Positions 29,161-42,646 of a DNA stretch of 64,000 bases are shown here, piece after piece. Below the pieces are notes generated by a model. The model did no database searches. It saw only the letters and a program-made list of their open reading frames with translations, and had not been told where the DNA came from. The stretch comes from Trichosphaerium sp. ATCC 40318 (Eukaryota > Protista > Tubulinea). The stretch spans positions 7,831-71,830 of the forward strand of contig JALMLS010000278.1 in NCBI GenBank assembly GCA_038496445.1. The letters run 5' to 3'. The stretch's first letter is position 1. The number at the start of each line of letters is the position of its first letter. Made by a program: the position numbers and the translations under genes.

Positions 29161-29838
29161 TTCTGCTTTCTACTTGTTGGTAATATGATTTTTTATTCGT
29201 TTGGTGAAACGGGATTTTAGCAAACACGACATTGCGCAAAAAAAAAAACTTATGAGGAAATTCGTGTTTTTCGTGTCGTTCAATGACTGTGAACTGACTC
29301 AAGGCAAGATGTCATGAGAGCATAGATAGCGCGACTGCTGTTATAATACTGGGTACCATTCAATCATTTTTATCCTTATTACGGTGCAATATTTATCGGC
29401 CTTTTCCTGATACAAAGTTAGAAAAAGTGAAATTACTTACTTCCGCTGTATCTAGTTCGTCTGTAGATGTGAGTCGGTTATTGGTTAGAACGAACCATGT
29501 ACGTTAACCAAACCATTCAAATACTGCATGTTTTCACACGTGCTCGGAAAAGGCGTAGATGCTATACCCTTTGATGTAACGTCATAGTGTTTACCATTTA
29601 CTCCGCTTTTACGACATATGCATTTACTGCGCCGACAAGAAACACCAAACAGGAGGCACAGTGTACACTAACGGTAGTGACAGAATGCAAACTATCAAAT
29701 TGCTTGCTGTCAACTAGCGGGGAAAGCACGTTTGGGAATGTGACATGTAGGGCCATTTAAATAATAGAATCACAGAAATTTCATTCAAAAACCTCCGCTA
29801 AAGCCCACCATTGAAGCGACGCGCAGTACGGAGCTAAA

Positions 29839-31347
29839 ATGACATCAAAACCAATACGCAGTAGACCTCGTGCTTCTTACGACCATGGAATAGCCCCAAG
29901 AAGATCTAGTAGAGACAGAGCTGTACTATCTTCATCTCGCACCCGCAGTGCCTCTTCTTCTCACTTGCGCAAAAATAACGACTCTTTGGCCCTGAAAAAG
30001 ATTTCAAGGTATGTATTTATACTAAGCTACATCTTTACGACAATCTATAAAATATTTTAAGGATTACCCACGTGATAAGAGTCGGAACGCCTCAAGAGAT
30101 TTTTCTCTTTTTTTTTTTTTCAAACAAAATGGATTTCTGTTTTACCTTCTTTATTATCACGTGGGGATGCTTTCCAATTAATTATTTCCCGAAAACGTTC
30201 TTTATGGCTCGTTTTTTGGGAGGATTTGATTTTTACTGATATAACCAGTACTCCTCAGGCCCAATTTTTAGTTTACAAGTACTATTTCTCGAAAAAAATT
30301 ATAAAGATGCTTTTTGGCGAAGTTCTTTGCGACTTTGACACCCTGAGATTTTGAAATCTCGCGTTATGGTTTCATGTAAATACTAACCAAGCAATAGTAC
30401 ACCAAGTGACAGCTCACATGACGCAAAAAAGAAGAAAAGATCAAAGTTTTCTCTTTCAAAACCGAAGAGCAAGAACAGTGAAAGCAACCAGCGTAAATCA
30501 GCACCAGAGCCTTTCCTGACAGCTAAAAAAAGGTAAACTCGGTGAAATTAAATCCTTCGGTTCCTTCGCCGAACAGAATACCCTCGAACTTTCTGACACT
30601 ATTTTTAAAGGAAAAACAACGGAGAACCAACATTTCAAATGGTTTGGAAGCGTCCAGAGCTTATGGTTAAATTCCGGTTGTACCTTCAAAGAAAACATTG
30701 TGCTGAGAACTTGAAGTTTCTCATTGAAGTCCGTACGTACTATACACTATTAATGAACACCAATGTTTGTTTATCACGTGTTTTTCTCCAGCGGAGAAAG
30801 TTCACCCTTTTCAAAAAACGTAAGTCTCATAATTTCACAAAACTTATGGATTTAGATTACTTCCAATGTATAAGACAAACCAAAGAAAAAGGAGAAAAAG
30901 CGAAGGAAATATTTAATAAATTCTTCAAGCTCTCCGGATCTCATCTTTTAAATATAGACGCAGATATAAGAAATGTACGTGTAAACATATCTTTTTTTGT
31001 TCGTACATTGCGTGATATGTATCACGTGACTTGCCGATACAAGGACATTTGTTCTTTTTTTTTTTGGTTTGTTGCTATTTTTTACGTTTTATTTCTTATG
31101 GCTTACACTGTTTTTCTAGCGCGTTGAGGAATGTATAAACACGAAAAAGTATCATAAACTATTCAGTGGAGCTTATGTTCATATCGAAAGTATGCTCGTA
31201 CATGGACAGTGGCCTGACTTCTTGCTATCAGACTTATATAAAGAAGCCCGTAGGAAACCCATAAAACCCCATAAAATACAACACAAAAAATCAGACACTC
31301 TGATAGTGTACAAGAAGCTTTTTCTAATGGACGAGCATGCAGTTTAA
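29839..31347 (+). CDS. RGS-domain protein
   Basis: FRLYLQRKHCAENLKF..AKEIFNKFF..LLNID..LFSGAYVHIESML..WPDFLLSDLY; Ser/Arg-rich N-terminus; 3' end approximate. Confidence 0.85.
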
Positions 31348-32150
31348 GTATACTATTCGAAACTAATTTCTGATACGTGTGGGTAACGCTCAGCCCGATT
31401 TTTGCAGTTGTACATAAGCACAAAACAAAATAATGTTACAATACTTTAAATAAAAGAATAAATTTCCTATGTCACGCTTGTTTAAATAATAAAAATACTG
31501 CATAGTCCATGTTCCGGGGCATGCTGCGCAGTCATTTATAAACATACGACGCCAAATAAGACATGCAAAAAAGTGGAATTCTTACGTGACGACAGTTTTG
31601 GGCGTATTGGGATCTAGAGACCACGTGCGTTTGTGCCAGGTCCTCAGTTTGTTTATTTATAGTTTTACACTCAGTTCACAGTACTGTGTTTTTTGCGTAT
31701 ACCCTTCACCTGGCTATGTTAGCTCATGTTGGCTCCGCTCCAAGAAAACTAATAAGGTTTTGGCGCGTAGAGTTCAAACGGCTTACTGAACACATGTTTT
31801 AATTTTCCCAAACCTTCAAAACGTTGATGCGAATTGTGATCTGTTTTTATGCAGACTGCTGCGCCTTTTGTAACTAGTTGTGATGGTAATGCCCTACAAA
31901 GACTAGTTTTGGCAACTCACCACTAATACAAAGCTAAAAACACCTACATAGAAAAATACTTGGTTGGATAGAATCTAAGATATCCAAGTTTAAATACAGA
32001 ACGAATTTCAAAACATGCAACAAGCGGAGCACGGTAGAGCCTACCAAGCCTTCTTTTATGCTACCAAAAAGTACGTCAACACATATTCACTTATAGCTGT
32101 AATTGTAACTTTTCCGTACATATAGTATTTTTAAAAATAAAGGTCGAGGA

Positions 32151-32480
32151 CACGTGATAATTTCAAAAGTGGCACTTTTGTAGAGGGAATTCCACCAGGT
32201 CCAATTGGCGAACCAAGGGTTGAAGTTACTTTTTACGTAGACAGTTTGTCAAACCCTTTTATGATACTCTGATTGGCTTATGTTTGGTTTTAGTGAATGG
32301 TGCTAGCTATATTTTTACAGAAGATATCATAAGAAAGGTAGAAGAGGCGGAAGAAAACAAAGTGGCTGATGAAAAGATAAAAGCAAACACAAGAACAAAG
32401 TTCTCAAACTTAAGAGTGCTGCCAAATCAAAACTATTTTTTGGAGATAGTGGCAATGTGTAGATAACTACAAGCTCTAAG
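32151..32480 (+). pseudogene. Decayed 3' fragment of the BiP-like Hsp70
   Basis: Homologous to the reverse complement of 17700-18125 (GIPPGPIGEPR.EVTFYVD, EEAEENKVADEKIKANTR) with intron retained and internal deletions. Confidence 0.9.
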
Positions 32481-32553
32481 AAGCCAAGAGTTTTAATTTA
32501 ACACCTACTTGTGAACAATAAATTGTCATACTCTGTTAGCAATGTAGTGACAT

Positions 32554-33333
32554 TTAGGCGTCAATCCATTGCTTGATTGGATCAAGAGAAATAACAGCAT
32601 TGTACATCTTGCTCAAACGAGGTACAGGTTTGAGGTCGAGAGAATCAGGAACAGTCAAAGACACGTCTCTTATCATTGATGCAACCAAGACGTCAGCAAA
32701 AGAAACTTCTTTGCCTGTAGTAGAGCGTTAACACTGAACAATAACCAATGTATGTTGTACCTGAGAAGTAATCACCCTCAGTTTGACCCAAAATAGTGTC
32801 AAATGCTTTGAGTTGTGTTTTTTGATATTCACCAAACTTTTGCTTATCTCCTCCTGCCAACACAACAGGTACCCAAGCATCACGATAAGAAATGTATGCA
32901 GATGCAGCCCTATCAGTGTGATAGTCCTTGATATCGTCAACACCATATTTACCAAGTTTCTTTGCCATGTATCTTATCATTGGTACATGTTCACACATGT
33001 TAAGACCTCATCATTTTCTTAGATTGTTTAAACACGAAAGAGTTATCCTTACCATTCAAGTGCAATATTGGAACACCGCCAAAAGGATTTAATCCACTGT
33101 TGATTATCTCTTTCTTTTTTTCAGGCCAATCGCCTGGAAAGTCAATAATCTCTTCAGTAAACTTGATACCGTTCAATAACATGAAGAATCTAAACAGATT
33201 TTTAGCTTGAGTCGTTGTACTTATTCAAGATTAGGTTGTACTACCTGACTGGACCACCACGTCCTCCAAGTTTACCAAGTTGAATGTAAGTGAGCTTTGG
33301 AGTACATCCGAGTTTATCATTTGCTGTTGTCAT
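32554..33333 (-). CDS. Glutathione S-transferase, copy 2
   Basis: Near-identical inverted copy of 22730-23499 with the same intron positions. Confidence 0.9.
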
Positions 33334-33768
33334 TGTTGTTGTTTTTGATTTTGATTTGTGATGAAACAAGCAACAATTAAGATTTGATTCTCCATTTAGA
33401 AATCATTCCTCGGTAAACCACTAATGTGTACTAACCATATTAAGAATATTCGTGCTATGCTCAGCTCTATTTTTATTATTCTAGTTTGAGTTGCTGGTAT
33501 TTGGATTCTCCTCGGGTCACTTTCCTTATTTAGAAGTATACCCACGTGATTTTTAAACCGGTAAGATGTCATGTTACGTGTAAAATAAGCCTATTGTGAC
33601 GTACAGCTCTAAATGGTGCTTCAATTATCGCGTTTTAATACAACCCAGGTAAAAGAGCACGTATTTTTTGTACGACAGTGGTCTGAATAGCCATAATACA
33701 CAGCTTTTATTTGCTGGTTTTAAGTATCGTCCCTTCAAAGTAAGTTCTCTAGTTCTTAGTTAACACAA

Positions 33769-35062
33769 ATGTTACAACAAACAAACCGAATTGCTGGTAT
33801 TCTTGTCGCTTTATTCGTCATTCACGTGGTGTGTATAGTGCCGCCAGATGTTTCTTTATCCACAATACCTGTTGGTTACTTCGGTGGTCAGAACTCGAGC
33901 CACAGATCTCAAGAAAGCCTCGAAATGCTCGCCAAAATGCGTATGATAGTGATAGAAAAGTGGGAAGGACCTTGTTGGGACGAATGTCTTGCCAATGCGA
34001 CAAAAAAGCCGCCACTGCCTTGTCAAGCGTCTTGTGGTGCCGACAAATACCAAGAGAGCACTATTAATGCAGCAAGGGCAATTAACCCAAAATTATGTGT
34101 TGTTTTCTATTTAAACACGTTGTACGACTTTGGATTCATAAGTTTACACGAACAGGCATTGGCTATTGGTGCAGATGTCGTTAAGACTGATGGTAAATTG
34201 TTGGCCATAAAAAATGACAACGGTATGCCTGGCATAAACGCATTCGATCAAGGGAAGAAAAAGACACGTGATATGTGGTTAAAGTTTTTGGCTGATAAAA
34301 AAGTCGATGGTGTTTTCCCTGACAAGGTTACCATTCGGGCACAATACAACAAGTCTTCAAAATTTTGGTATGTGTTGTGGCGTGGTGAAATCTTCTTCTG
34401 AACTTTCCAGGGTTCTTTTCTTTTGCTTCTTCTTTTTATTTTTTTCAACATGTGGTACCATCCTTGTTGACGTCAGAATCTTAGGCAGCTCTGCGAATAC
34501 AACAGTGGTAAGACATGGGATCTATCATGTGGAGAGATATCGGAAGCTGATGCGAGTGCGTACAACGAAGGAAAGGAACTCTTGATGGATGGTATTTATG
34601 AGCTATTCGGAAAGGAAGGTTTTATTTTTCACAATACAACAGCGTATGTACATCCTGGTGCCCGCTCTCCATCTGCGATCATAGAAAATGTACAAAACGC
34701 TTTCAAAAGTGGTGCAACTTACGTATACTTTATGGTACGCGAGCACTCACAAACCACATGTTAACACTCTTGCTCAAAATCTGAACTAAAAAAATAAATA
34801 GACAGCAGATCACCATACAGATGCACCGCCAACAACGAAGTCTATTTGTACTCAAAGAGAAATAATTATATTCTTACTTGCGGTTGAAGAAGGATGTATT
34901 CTGGGCTGTAACGGATGGGATCCTCAATTTGAAAAGCCTCTTGGAAATCCACTTGGACCAGCGACAGTTGAAGGAGATGTTTACACTCGTAAATTCGCTT
35001 CAGGAACATCTGTCACCTGGAATACGAAAACAGACTCAGGTGACATTAACTGGGCCAACTAA
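33769..35062 (+). CDS. Secreted putative glycoside hydrolase (GHL15/GH168-like), copy 2
   Basis: Paralog of 21069-22328; frame intact. Confidence 0.7.
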
Positions 35063-35240
35063 GTTTTGTTCGCAATAAAATAGTTCTCTTCTTTCCAATT
35101 TACATTTACGTTCAATTTACCAATCACTGAAGATAGTTAACTAGCAGATTACTTCAGGCATTTTGCTGCACGTGTAGTTTTTAATGTTTATTCTTGATTA
35201 CAGATTGTACAATGGCGAAGATGGGTTTAGTAGTGCATCT

Positions 35241-35624
35241 TTATTTACATCCGCACTTGCTTGTATCACATGTATCACAGACACACTACGCGCGGAGTTA
35301 ATTTGAAGAACCAAAAAAAAAACAGTCTCTTTTCTCTTCGCACCTTTTTACAACAATCGCAGCTGCATGTTGCTTTGCCGTCAGCGTCTTTTGAACAACA
35401 ATCTGCGTTATCTAGGAACTAAAATTAGCATTTGAAAACCTTAAAGTTCAAGCGGAGAAGCTAGATCATGTCTCTTGATGTAGAACGAGTGTATACGTAC
35501 CTTGGCCTTTACAGTTGGTGCAGTTAGAACAGTCCGTCTTGTAGGTGCACGACTTACAAGATTCTTTGCAATCGCTGCAAGAAGATTGTTGTTGTTTGAT
35601 TTCTGCTGAAGCGTCTGAGGACAT
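35241..35624 (-). CDS. Metallothionein-like protein, copy 2
   Basis: Same three exons as copy 1; protein appears identical (one synonymous ACG/ACA difference seen) while introns differ. Confidence 0.9.
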
Positions 35625-35668
35625 GATGTGTTGTTTGTTTGTTTAGTTTGTTGATATTTTAATTCTAT

Positions 35669-35862
35669 CAGGGGATACCTCCCTGGTAGACAGGGTTACC
35701 CTGGGTCGGATTTAGGATATCTCAGGGTTCAGCCCTGACTGACAGGGTAAACCCTGACAGATTTACGGTGCTCCAAGCTTCCAAAAAGAGTAACAATGTG
35801 ATTGTAGGATTTGTCAGGGTCCCTCCCTGGTCGACAGGGAAACCCTGACAGAGTGAGCCCTG
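35669..35862. promoter_or_regulatory. Array of six CAGGG-N-CCCTG palindromes plus one degenerate unit upstream of metallothionein copy 2
   Basis: 35669-85, 35691-703, 35723-37, 35743-56, 35815-29, 35835-47, degenerate 35849-62. Confidence 0.7.
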
Positions 35863-36727
35863 CTTTTGCGTATCAAAGCCCATAGATTACGCTTTGATCC
35901 CTTCTTTCATGCTTTGCGTGCCGGAAGGTACTTTGTACGTACACGAAACAACTTCACAAAGGTGATAGGAAAAGCCTGAAATCGCGAAGGTTTTCGTCAG
36001 CTCCTACGCTAATTACGCACATGTGTTATGCTGCAAAGTTTCAAATGAATCTAGTAGAACTCTACGTACGTTCGTTACAATTGACACGTGTTGGGTTGGC
36101 AAATCGGAAACAAATATGCTCAAAAGCATTAGTGATGCTATGAAAACTGTTCGACTTGGAATGACTTTAGGCAAAACGCCTAAACCGAAAAAACCCATTT
36201 TGTTTGGAATTGTCTTTGGTGAGGCGCTTGTTGTATCACACCCATTGCTGCCATAGGATCTTGAACTAACTCATTTTGGACATTGGATTTCGCATTAGTT
36301 TTTTGTTTTATTTGTCAAGCTTGTGAGACGTCTCAATTTTCCTTCACGTAGCGCATTATGTTTACAACCGTACTTGTACTGTTTAGATTAGCAGGTATTG
36401 TAGATCAGGGTAAAGCTGAAAGCTGGAATCAATTTGCTATTGATAAAACAACAATGTTACCTTTAAAGTGGAATAATGGATGGAAAAAAAAGTACAAGGT
36501 AAACGTGATAGATACATTTTTTCTACAACAGCTGTTGTAATGAAATAAACACTAAATGTACTACACTTAACAAATACGTATATAGAGCAGTACTATCATA
36601 GTCTATTGTATCAAGATCTGTTAGTTTGCGTAAACAAACTGAGTTGTAAGATACGCAGTGAAAAACATATTGTTTTACAGATGTTTATTTTACTTCTTTT
36701 TTACAACCTTAGTGGTATAACTACCCC

Positions 36728-39700
36728 TTATGGTGTATCCTGGCTAACTTCATCTGGTAACTCTACACAAGACTTGAATATAGGATATTCTAAAGGCGTA
36801 GTGAGACGCTTCAAGTCCTTCAAGAGAGTGTCCAATCTCTTTGATGTCATTCTCGGATTCTTGTCTTTACCTTCTTCAACACGTGATACTGAAACGTTTT
36901 TAAAGTATTTTACTATTCTATCTGGACGTGGTATATCGATATCCTGAGATTCTGAGTTGTGTATTTTTTGAACAAGCTCAATCAAGTCAGCAGTACCCAA
37001 ATCCTTCAGAAAAATAAGTAATTAAGTATTTTTTGATTTGACTCTGAGTACCTCAACCTCTTTACATAATCCTCTAATCTCAACCACAACTTCTTGAGAT
37101 GTAGGATCTGTTCTATGTAGCATTTTAAAACCATTCATACGGAAGCATTTCCTGTAAAACATTTCTTCGCTTGTAAGTATTTTCCATACTGTTTCCACTT
37201 CATCTTCTTCTGTAAACAATAGATTAGTAAAAAAGTTTCATAAATAGAATACTCTTCATTCTTAATCATACGTAGATTTGTTTCTTTTCCAAGATTCTCA
37301 CGTGTGAGAATTACAGGCTCTTCCAAATCAGGAGCAGTTAATTGAAAGTTGTTCATCAAATGTTGATAATCAATGCTCTCTCGTACACCTCTATAATCAC
37401 ATGCAAGTATAAGGCTATCAAGTTTAACCATATAAATATACGTCAAAGAAGATCCTAATGGACCAATAACCCTCATACGTGCAATATCTTCATTCTAAAC
37501 AAAAAAATCAGCAAAAACGAACACGTGTTAAAGAAGAAACTACAACGAGCTTTGGACTTACACTAACGATATCTACATCTACGTCTGGGTCTGTTGTATA
37601 CGGTTGTTGACTTGCTGGTGGTTCTTTATTAGTCTGGCTTGCAAGCTGTTGAGATGCATGAAACACATCATCAAGAGTAGCATCAAAAACTAAGTCTTCA
37701 GAACCAGTTCTCTTAAGTTTACGCTTTTTCTTTGGTTGTACTGGAGATTCTTCTTCGACTTCTTCCTCAACACCTTCTTCAAACATATCCCCTGAATCTG
37801 CTAGAGTGCGCTTGCGTTTATTATGTAGTGTCGCTGTAGTAGCTACGCTTTGGTCTTTATCTACAGTATCAGGAGCATCCGTCATTTGAATGTCGACAGT
37901 GACAGCATCTGGGTGATTCTTTGGTGTTGGGAAGATATCTGGAGTATCAGTTGTAGTAGTATCATTGTCTCTTTGAGCATTATTGAGGTCATTAGCAGTA
38001 ATAAATCCCTGGAGTGTTCCTTGTGTTTGCCTTGGAGCGTTATACATAGCATGATCCGAGTCAGCTGTGGCGTTGTTGATGGCTAGATAGCTACATTACT
38101 AACTAACAATAGTTGCTTTAAAATCGTACGCAGTTGTAGCTGAGTTACAGTATTATTATTGTCAGTTGGAGGTTGAAGTTGTGTTCCAGGGCTAGAGTCA
38201 AACCCACTGGTTCCAGTGGCACTAGGTATACATTAATCGCGCTAAAAATGTGGTACAAAAACAATGTGTACGGGGTAGCTGATGGAAACTTAAAAGGTGT
38301 TGCAGCTTTCGATGGACCGCTAAAAATGCCACCTTTTCTTGGAGAGTATGGAGGATAATGTGCCTCTAGGTGTTCTGTAAGAACACCAACAATTTCATCT
38401 TCTATTTTTACATCTACATCCATCTTATCAGGACTCAGAAGATCGTAATTGGTTGGAGAAGTTTCCAGGTTAAAATACATAAACGGAAACTTCTTCTTGA
38501 CTTTTGCAGTAAAAGAAAGATAATACAAGAGAAAAAAAAAGGATGAAAAATGGTGAGTAAGGATACTATTGTAGCAACGTCTGAAGTGCTTTGTTATCAC
38601 GGAAGAAATACCCCTTAAATGCACAGGCCTGTTATTGATATAAATAAATGTATGGCGCTGATCTCCTCTGCTGAGTTTGCTAACAAGGGATTCATCTGTC
38701 AATAGTCAGTAGTTTTCTAAAACGAAAAAAGTTCTTGACGTCACGTACCTAGACCGCTTTTTGGTATCAACGCTGTCCAGCTATATAATAACTCGCCATC
38801 TTCTTCCTCTTGATGATCAAATGGTACAATATTATCAGAAACAAACGGACCAAACATTGAAGCAATCACTTTAAGTGTATCCTTGTAAAAAAAACTAAGT
38901 TGTTGTACAAAACATTGTCACGTGTTATCCAAATAAATTATAACATACCGGTTTTGGAGAAAAAGTACAGTTGTGTAAAGGGTATTGCTCATTTACAAAT
39001 TTCATTCGAACATGAGGATGTGCTAGGCAGTAGACACTTAAAATATCATTAACCTTCTTATTTGCCTGTGACTGCGCATCTTTTAGAACCTACAACAAAG
39101 TCATTTAATAACCCCCTACCTAGTTTGCAAGCCCTACCTTTTTCCTTACAGGTACATTATGATATAGATTACATACTGATACTAAGGTGCCTTTAGGTTT
39201 ACCACTTACTTTTGGATCTCCTGCAGAGTGTCAGTAAGTAAAAATATTGAAAAGAAAAAAACTAATCGTTACATACCTACTGGGTCACCTTTATCATCAA
39301 ATCTCTGTTGTAGAGCTACCTCTGCACCTTGCTTACGAGTTGTGACAGTAACCTTATGCATCAAACGTCAATAACACTAAGAAACAGCGCAGAAAGCAAC
39401 TAAAAATTCGTACATCTCCAAGAGCGCACATTGAAAATAACGCAGATCCACGGTACCCATACCCTCTACATACGATCAAAAACAGTGATGAGACACGTAA
39501 AATGAGGTTTGAAAGAAAAAAATTACGATTTCCTGTAAAACCTTGTGGATAATTTATATTGTTATTGAAAGGTACCTGTAGTCGCCCAAATCGCCGTATT
39601 GAGATATTTTGGACGTAAAAAATTGTAAACAAGCACATTGTAACTGCCATTTGTTAAATACGTTTAAATGTACTTCAAAACGCGTTTTTTACCTCCTCTT

Positions 39701-39931
39701 TTGTCATTCCGTCGCCATCATCGCGTACATCTATGTTTTTAAAACCGCCATCACCAAGCGTTATCCATATAGACTTTGCACCAGCGTCAAGTGAATTTCT
39801 GATCGTATAAGCACCATTGTAACCGTATTAAACCGAACTTACTCCAAAAGCTCTTTAACGGCACTTGCTACATCTACAATCACTTGCTCTGATTGTATTT
39901 TGCGTACAGTTGAATCATCAAGCTTCTTCAT
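36728..39931 (-). CDS. PMS1: MutL-family mismatch repair protein, vertebrate PMS1-like
   Basis: QVIVDVASAVKELLENSLDAGA, DDGDGM, TSKI, GYRGSAL, NVPVRK, YINNRPV; C-terminus (NGFK..GTADLIEL..RPDRIVKYF) resembles human PMS1 and has no DQHA endonuclease motif. Confidence 0.8.
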
Positions 39932-40172
39932 GGCGCTTGGAAAAATTAATTAAAACTGTACAGAGCTTCGGTCAGCTTTAGTCAAAAACCGTTGGTGATC
40001 AATATCACGTGCGAGAAGCTCGTTCATTCGATTTTTCACGTGCTCTTGTATGGTTTTTCTATATCTCGCTCATGAACGAGCCTACGTTGCTATTTAAATG
40101 AATCAGCAGCATTCTTAATTTGCTGACGTTGCTTACATTCTTATTTTAGTTTTATTTTAGCGACAGCACATC

Positions 40173-40619
40173 ATGACAGAAGTTTATGTTTTTAAAATCC
40201 TTGGTGATTGGCAAGTAGTGCCGTACGTAGTGGGAATAGTCGCTAAAAGTGCGTCTCACATCGAGTAGAACAAGCGCGTACGAGCTAGATATCTGTAAAG
40301 GTGAAGTTGTTTTGAGACCAGTAAGATAACTTGTTTTAACTTTAGACTTACAGCCTTAGGTCAACACAGTGAGTGTTGGTATTAAAAACAAGGATGAAAG
40401 CGACGCTGTGCAACCTTTTAAAGTGCCAAGGTACACTATGACAACCAAACCTTTGCGTCCTTACCCTTTGGTTGCAGAGATGAGGGAAAATCATTTCCAG
40501 TCCACGTGTTTCCTTCAGCATCAAAAGGTGAGTAGTTTGGAATCTTGGCTACGTATCTTCTTTCCAACAATTTCTATGTAGCTTTAGAGTTCGTTCAAAA
40601 GGGCGCAGCACAACAATAG
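40173..40619 (+). CDS. Small hypothetical multi-exon protein
   Basis: ATG followed by short exons flanked by GT/AG signals; divergent from PMS1; no homology recognised. Confidence 0.3.
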
Positions 40620-40813
40620 AACAAGAGGGCAAGCAATTCAAATAAAAAAATCACGTGTCAATAAATTCAAAGTGGCTACAGCCATGTGTTCTTCAAGAAA
40701 AAGCGTACAGGCCCAGCTGTAAGAGTATGAGTGAAGTGGAATTCTTAACAATTTTGTGTAAAACAGAAGTAACCTCTTAAAATTATGGGATAAATAACCA
40801 TTATATTAACGCT

Positions 40814-42283
40814 ATGGCTTGCATTGAACATATTACGCCACCTGAAATACAAAGAGCCATACTAGAGCTACTTTATGACCCCAACGACATAATTGGAAGC
40901 GCACTCGTTTGTAAGCGTTGGTACGCGCTTATTTCGAGTACCTACTATTGGAAAGTACGTTTGACGCCAGTTTAGCCGTCTTTTCGCTAAATTAGCCCAG
41001 GATGCTTCTATGGCATTTAAACCGCTATTTCATAGAGGTAGAAACGGCATAACACTTGATATAGCTCAAGCGCGTCAATTTAAAAATATAACTGCCGTCT
41101 ATGCTTCCAAACTACGCAAGGTACCACTACGTTACCAATGGCAACACAACCAACCATTCCTGTCAAAGGCACTGCTTATTTGTGAGAAAAACAATTCAGC
41201 ACTAGTCAGTATAGACCTGGATGACTGCGCACAGCTTAATATGTTACTTACAAGCAAGACACAACCTTTCTTTAAGTACGAACAATTTTGCAGGAAATTT
41301 AAGTGTCTAAGTCTAAAATAGATTCAATGGGTGCTGTGAGAGCAACAATGGGCATATCATGTTACTCACAGACTATGGAGTTATGGCAGCAACTATTAAA
41401 TCAGGAGCGTTGGTGGTATGTTGTGCAAGATCTTTTTTTTCATTCTTTTTGCTTTTCTTAATTAATCACGTGTTATAGATGACAGAAGATATCGAACATT
41501 ATAACCAACATTTACTGCTAGGTTTCGCTGGTGTAGTCCAAGAGTAAGCCTATTATACAAAAGAAGGTGACATGAACTTATGTTTTTTTTCAATAGGAAT
41601 GGTCATAGAGATGGTAGTTTGGTTACTGCCCTTTTTGAAGAACCATCATGTACGTGTACTTACCATCAATATGCGAAGCAACCAAAATGACTGAAACAAC
41701 CTTAGCAATCTGTAAAACAAGCACAAGTGACTTCATCATCACTGACCAATGCAGAATCAGGTTCATAGATACTAAAAAGAGAATAGTAAGAACACTTCCT
41801 TACATACAAGGTAATCGACCTCAAGCACTTGCTATCGATGAAAGCGACAAAGTTTATGTTGCTGAACACGAACCGCCAAGTATCAACAGCTTCACTCTTG
41901 ATGCAGTAGAGAACGTGACAAATGAGAAAAGGTAGAGGCATTTGTCAGGTTTTTCTTGAACAACTTAACATGTCAATTGACCTGGTCCTAATTGTATGTT
42001 TAGAATGCAAAAAGCTGGTATGAACGCTCCTTTAGATATATCATTAAACGATAGAGGTGACATCTTATACGCTGTTGATGGACACTCGATTTGGAAGATC
42101 TTCTTGAAGACAAAACGAATTGTTCGTCTGAGGACTAAGTGTATTAATCCTAAGTGTATTACATTCCATGAAAACACTCTTCATGTTGTATGTGAATATC
42201 CAGGATACTCAGGGGATTTTATAGCTAGAATTTATTTGGATGAAAGAAGCAATGATGGTACCGCAGAATGCATTATTTCGTAA
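40814..42283 (+). CDS. F-box protein with NHL-type beta-propeller repeats
   Basis: PPEIQRAILELL..SALVCKRWYALI (F-box); GHRDGSLVTALFEEP, RPQALAIDESDKVYVAE, APLDISLNDRGDILYAVD. Confidence 0.8.
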
Positions 42284-42646
42284 AAATACGAGGACCATCA
42301 TTTGCGATTTTTGCTTTCAGACGTACCTGGATTGGAGGCTTATGAATAAAGCACTTGCTGCGAGAATTGCCTACCATTATCTTTATGGTGCAAGCCGAAT
42401 GGGTAATGTATCACTGTATATTTGTAGAAAATAAACACCTTTTCAACCAAGTTGATTGACTTAAATAACCAAGATATAAAGCTCAGCTCTCAAGTGCTGG
42501 ATACAACTTGAAGTCTCTACAATTGTTAGAATTGTAGAGTTTGTGGCGAGCAGTTTCACCCATAGTACAGACGAGAAAAAACATGATCACTGTTGAAATG
42601 TGGCTTAAATTCACTTTTTTAACTTACTCGAGCGTGCTGTAAAGCA

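Larger units (their letters stand above)
32551..35900 (-). repeat. Segmental duplication, arm 2 (inverted)
   Basis: Inverted homolog of about 20245-23501. Confidence 0.93.

Noticed and set aside
36013-36540. Short ORFs next to the duplication boundary
   Set aside because: No transposase or other recognisable homology
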